Source: Azolla caroliniana (Eukaryota; Plantae; Polypodiophyta). Taken from it: a stretch of DNA of 64,000 nt. This document shows, piece by piece, positions 61,701 through 64,000 of this stretch (within the stretch, counting starts at the first letter, position 1; each line of letters opens with the position of its first letter). Both the position numbers and the translations under genes were made by a program. The notes under the pieces were generated by a model. That model had not been told where the DNA came from and did no database searches. It worked only from the letters and a program-made list of their open reading frames with translations. The stretch is taken from the NCBI GenBank assembly GCA_043228905.1, contig JBHGNT010000012.1, positions 434,001 to 498,000 on the forward strand, read 5' to 3'.

Positions 61701-64000
61701 AACATCGTCCTCACTTATTCGTATTTGATGGTAGCCAGTATGGAGATCAAGTTTCGTAAAATACCAAGCTCCCTGGAGACGGTCAATTAGATCGTCAACC
61801 CGGGGCAATGGATACGAATTCTTGATCGTCACTTTATTCAAGCGTCGGTAATTAATACACATACGGCATGTGCCCTCTTTCTTTTTAACCAAGAGAACTG
61901 GTGCACCCCATGGAGATTTACTATAACGTATATAACCCATTCGTAAATAGTCCTTGAGTTGCTTAGATACCTCATCTTCTTCGGATCGACTTAAGTGATA
62001 CGGAGGTATACTTATTGGTGCAACACCAGGTACAATATCTATACGATGGTCTATATTACGTTTAGGAGGTAACCCATCAGGTAGTTCACTTGGAAAAACA
62101 TCATGAAAATCATTTAAGATTTCATCAAGTTGTTGTTCAAAATATGTTAATTGAATCGGGACATTATCGATATTGTAAACGTGAATGTCCGGATCAAGTA
62201 CACAATAAAATAACGTAGAACAAGACAACTCGGATATTGATGGACACGAGGAAACAATCGAGAGGGATTGTTTTTTTACACATTGAATAAAGTGCGTACA
62301 ATCGTTCAGTACAAAAGAAATGGAATGACGAACCCAATCAATAAATAAAGAAGAGTTTTTATTATAAAACCAGGGATAACCCAGTATTACATCGGTGGTA
62401 CAAAGATTCATTACATGGAAGTCTACTTCCTCTATATAAGTATCAATAGAAATTCCTAATGAATGAATCGCCCCGTTGATGTATTGTACTCTTCCATCAG
62501 CCAAGTGCACCATGTAGGTGTGATCACTTACGGTGGGTTGGATTCCCCATATCTGAACCAAACGATCATTCACAAAATTGTGTGAGCTTCCCGAATCAAA
62601 TAAAAATTGTACGGGAGATCCATTGATATACCCGTTTGCACATAGTAAATCATTGGGACCCAATACATAGTGAGGGAAAGAACATTGACAATTACTTAAA
62701 TGATGTGTATAGACGTGAAGGACATTAGGAATCTGACCTTTATGGTCTGCAACTTTAGCTTTGTTGTCGTGCTCTTTCCGTTGGAGCTTTCGACATTGAT
62801 CTTTTGTATGACCCTTCTTTTTGCAGAATACACAAAAAGGATGTTGTCGCTTACAATCGCGATCCAGGAATTCGTTGGGTGTCTTGCGTTTCCCAACAAA
62901 TTGCGACTGCTTAGTCCCGGGCGCTTCGTTGGGTTTGTTATGGTCCTTCTTCGAAGTGCGTTGATAGTGAAGAACTATTTCAACAGCCTCTTCGAAGGAT
63001 TTTGGATCCTTATCGTGCACTATCCAGTGATAGTCCGAATTGGGGATGCCATTGACAAAACAAGCTATCATTCAATTGTCCCCTTCTAGACCCGATTTTT
63101 GGATTTGGGTTCTAGCATGGTGAACATAGTCTTCTAGCAAGGAAAATTTCCTGCTAGAGAGGTTCATTAAAGCTTGTGCTGCCTCGGTTCGAGAGGGAGG
63201 TTGCAGAAATTGGCCCTTAAAAACCGTGACAAAATCTGTCCAGGTATCGGGCAATTTCCCCATAGTATGGAGGCCACGCCACCAGGCGGCGGCCTTACCC
63301 CCGAGTTCTCGGCCGACATATGCAATCTTCGTACTATCTGGCGTGGGATAGAGCTCAAAATGAGACTCCCATCGTCCCAGCCATGTGTGCAGATTGCTTC
63401 TTCGGTTCTTTCCTTTTTGTCTCCGGTAAATGGCTTAACGACAAATGATGGTTCACCTTGTCGCTCATCAGGTCTATTAGTCTCACGTTGTAGACTAATG
63501 ACACATGCCTCAAGAGCACTCTGAGATTGCCGAAGTTCGGTCATCTGTTGAGCGGTGAAACTAAGGTATTGGGTTATTTGTGCCAAATACATCTCAGTGG
63601 ACATTTGTCCAGGAGGATTCCCTTGACTTCCTTCCGCTTGAACGGATGACATCGGGTCGTTAATTTGAGCCATTAAAGATTATTTCTGGAAAAGAAATAG
63701 GATAAGGTCAGAGATATAGTCATAACATCATGTCGTGATGTAAACATATCATGGGCGAGCATTTATCGATATCATTATCTCACATCAATACCCCTCTAGA
63801 CGTATGAGATGAGGTTCAAGATCAAGTTACTATGGTAACACAAAGGTGTTTTAAAAACCATGGGGGTGACAAATAAATGTCTTTCCCTGATCTCTATATC
63901 GATTTTTTCATGGTGGCTCCCCGAGGCTCAACCATGTATGTTCGCGTCATGAATTGTTTATACACGAAAAAAATGTTAATAATAAACTATGTTTCGGTGC
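58717..64000 (-). mobile_element. Chromovirus Gypsy E (Tcn1-like; clade is inference), 5' end outside the window
   Basis: Gag-PR-RT-RH-IN-chromodomain, PPT AAAAGAGGGGAG (~59259-59270) and 3' LTR ~58717-59256 starting TGTTACGGGC. Confidence 0.92.
59209..63673 (-). pseudogene. E gag-pol with C-terminal chromodomain
   Basis: [45 protein letters not shown] and PERILD...FKIKW...ATWE. A few stops and frameshifts. Confidence 0.92.

Overview
This is plant nuclear DNA; the mix of TE lineages suggests a non-seed plant such as a bryophyte or lycophyte (inference). Bases 1-10070 hold the first six exons of a minus-strand UPL3/TRIP12-type HECT E3 ligase gene with GT-AG introns, degenerate LINEs in intron 1 and an expanded KGKEKE repeat. 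Bases ~11.7-64 kb are a nested retrotransposon cluster that can be resolved from LTR ends and target-site duplications (TSDs). It contains an old Athila/Phygy-like Gypsy (A) and a younger full-length relative (B) carrying a ~920-codon extra sense ORF. It also holds three nested copies (C1>C2>C3) of an unusual Gypsy family, a 5'-truncated LINE inside the C3 LTR, Copia solo and deleted LTRs, a Copia pol remnant and a chromovirus. The most notable element is family C. It has a tRNA-Trp PBS, and gag-protease is joined to RT-RH-IN by a conserved G_GAT_TTT_stop site plus a predicted pseudoknot (a -1 frameshift signal). It also has a DHG protease motif and 4-bp TSDs centred on CpG. All TE ORFs are disrupted, mostly by C>T nonsense changes. 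Coordinates were read by eye and no database searches were run.
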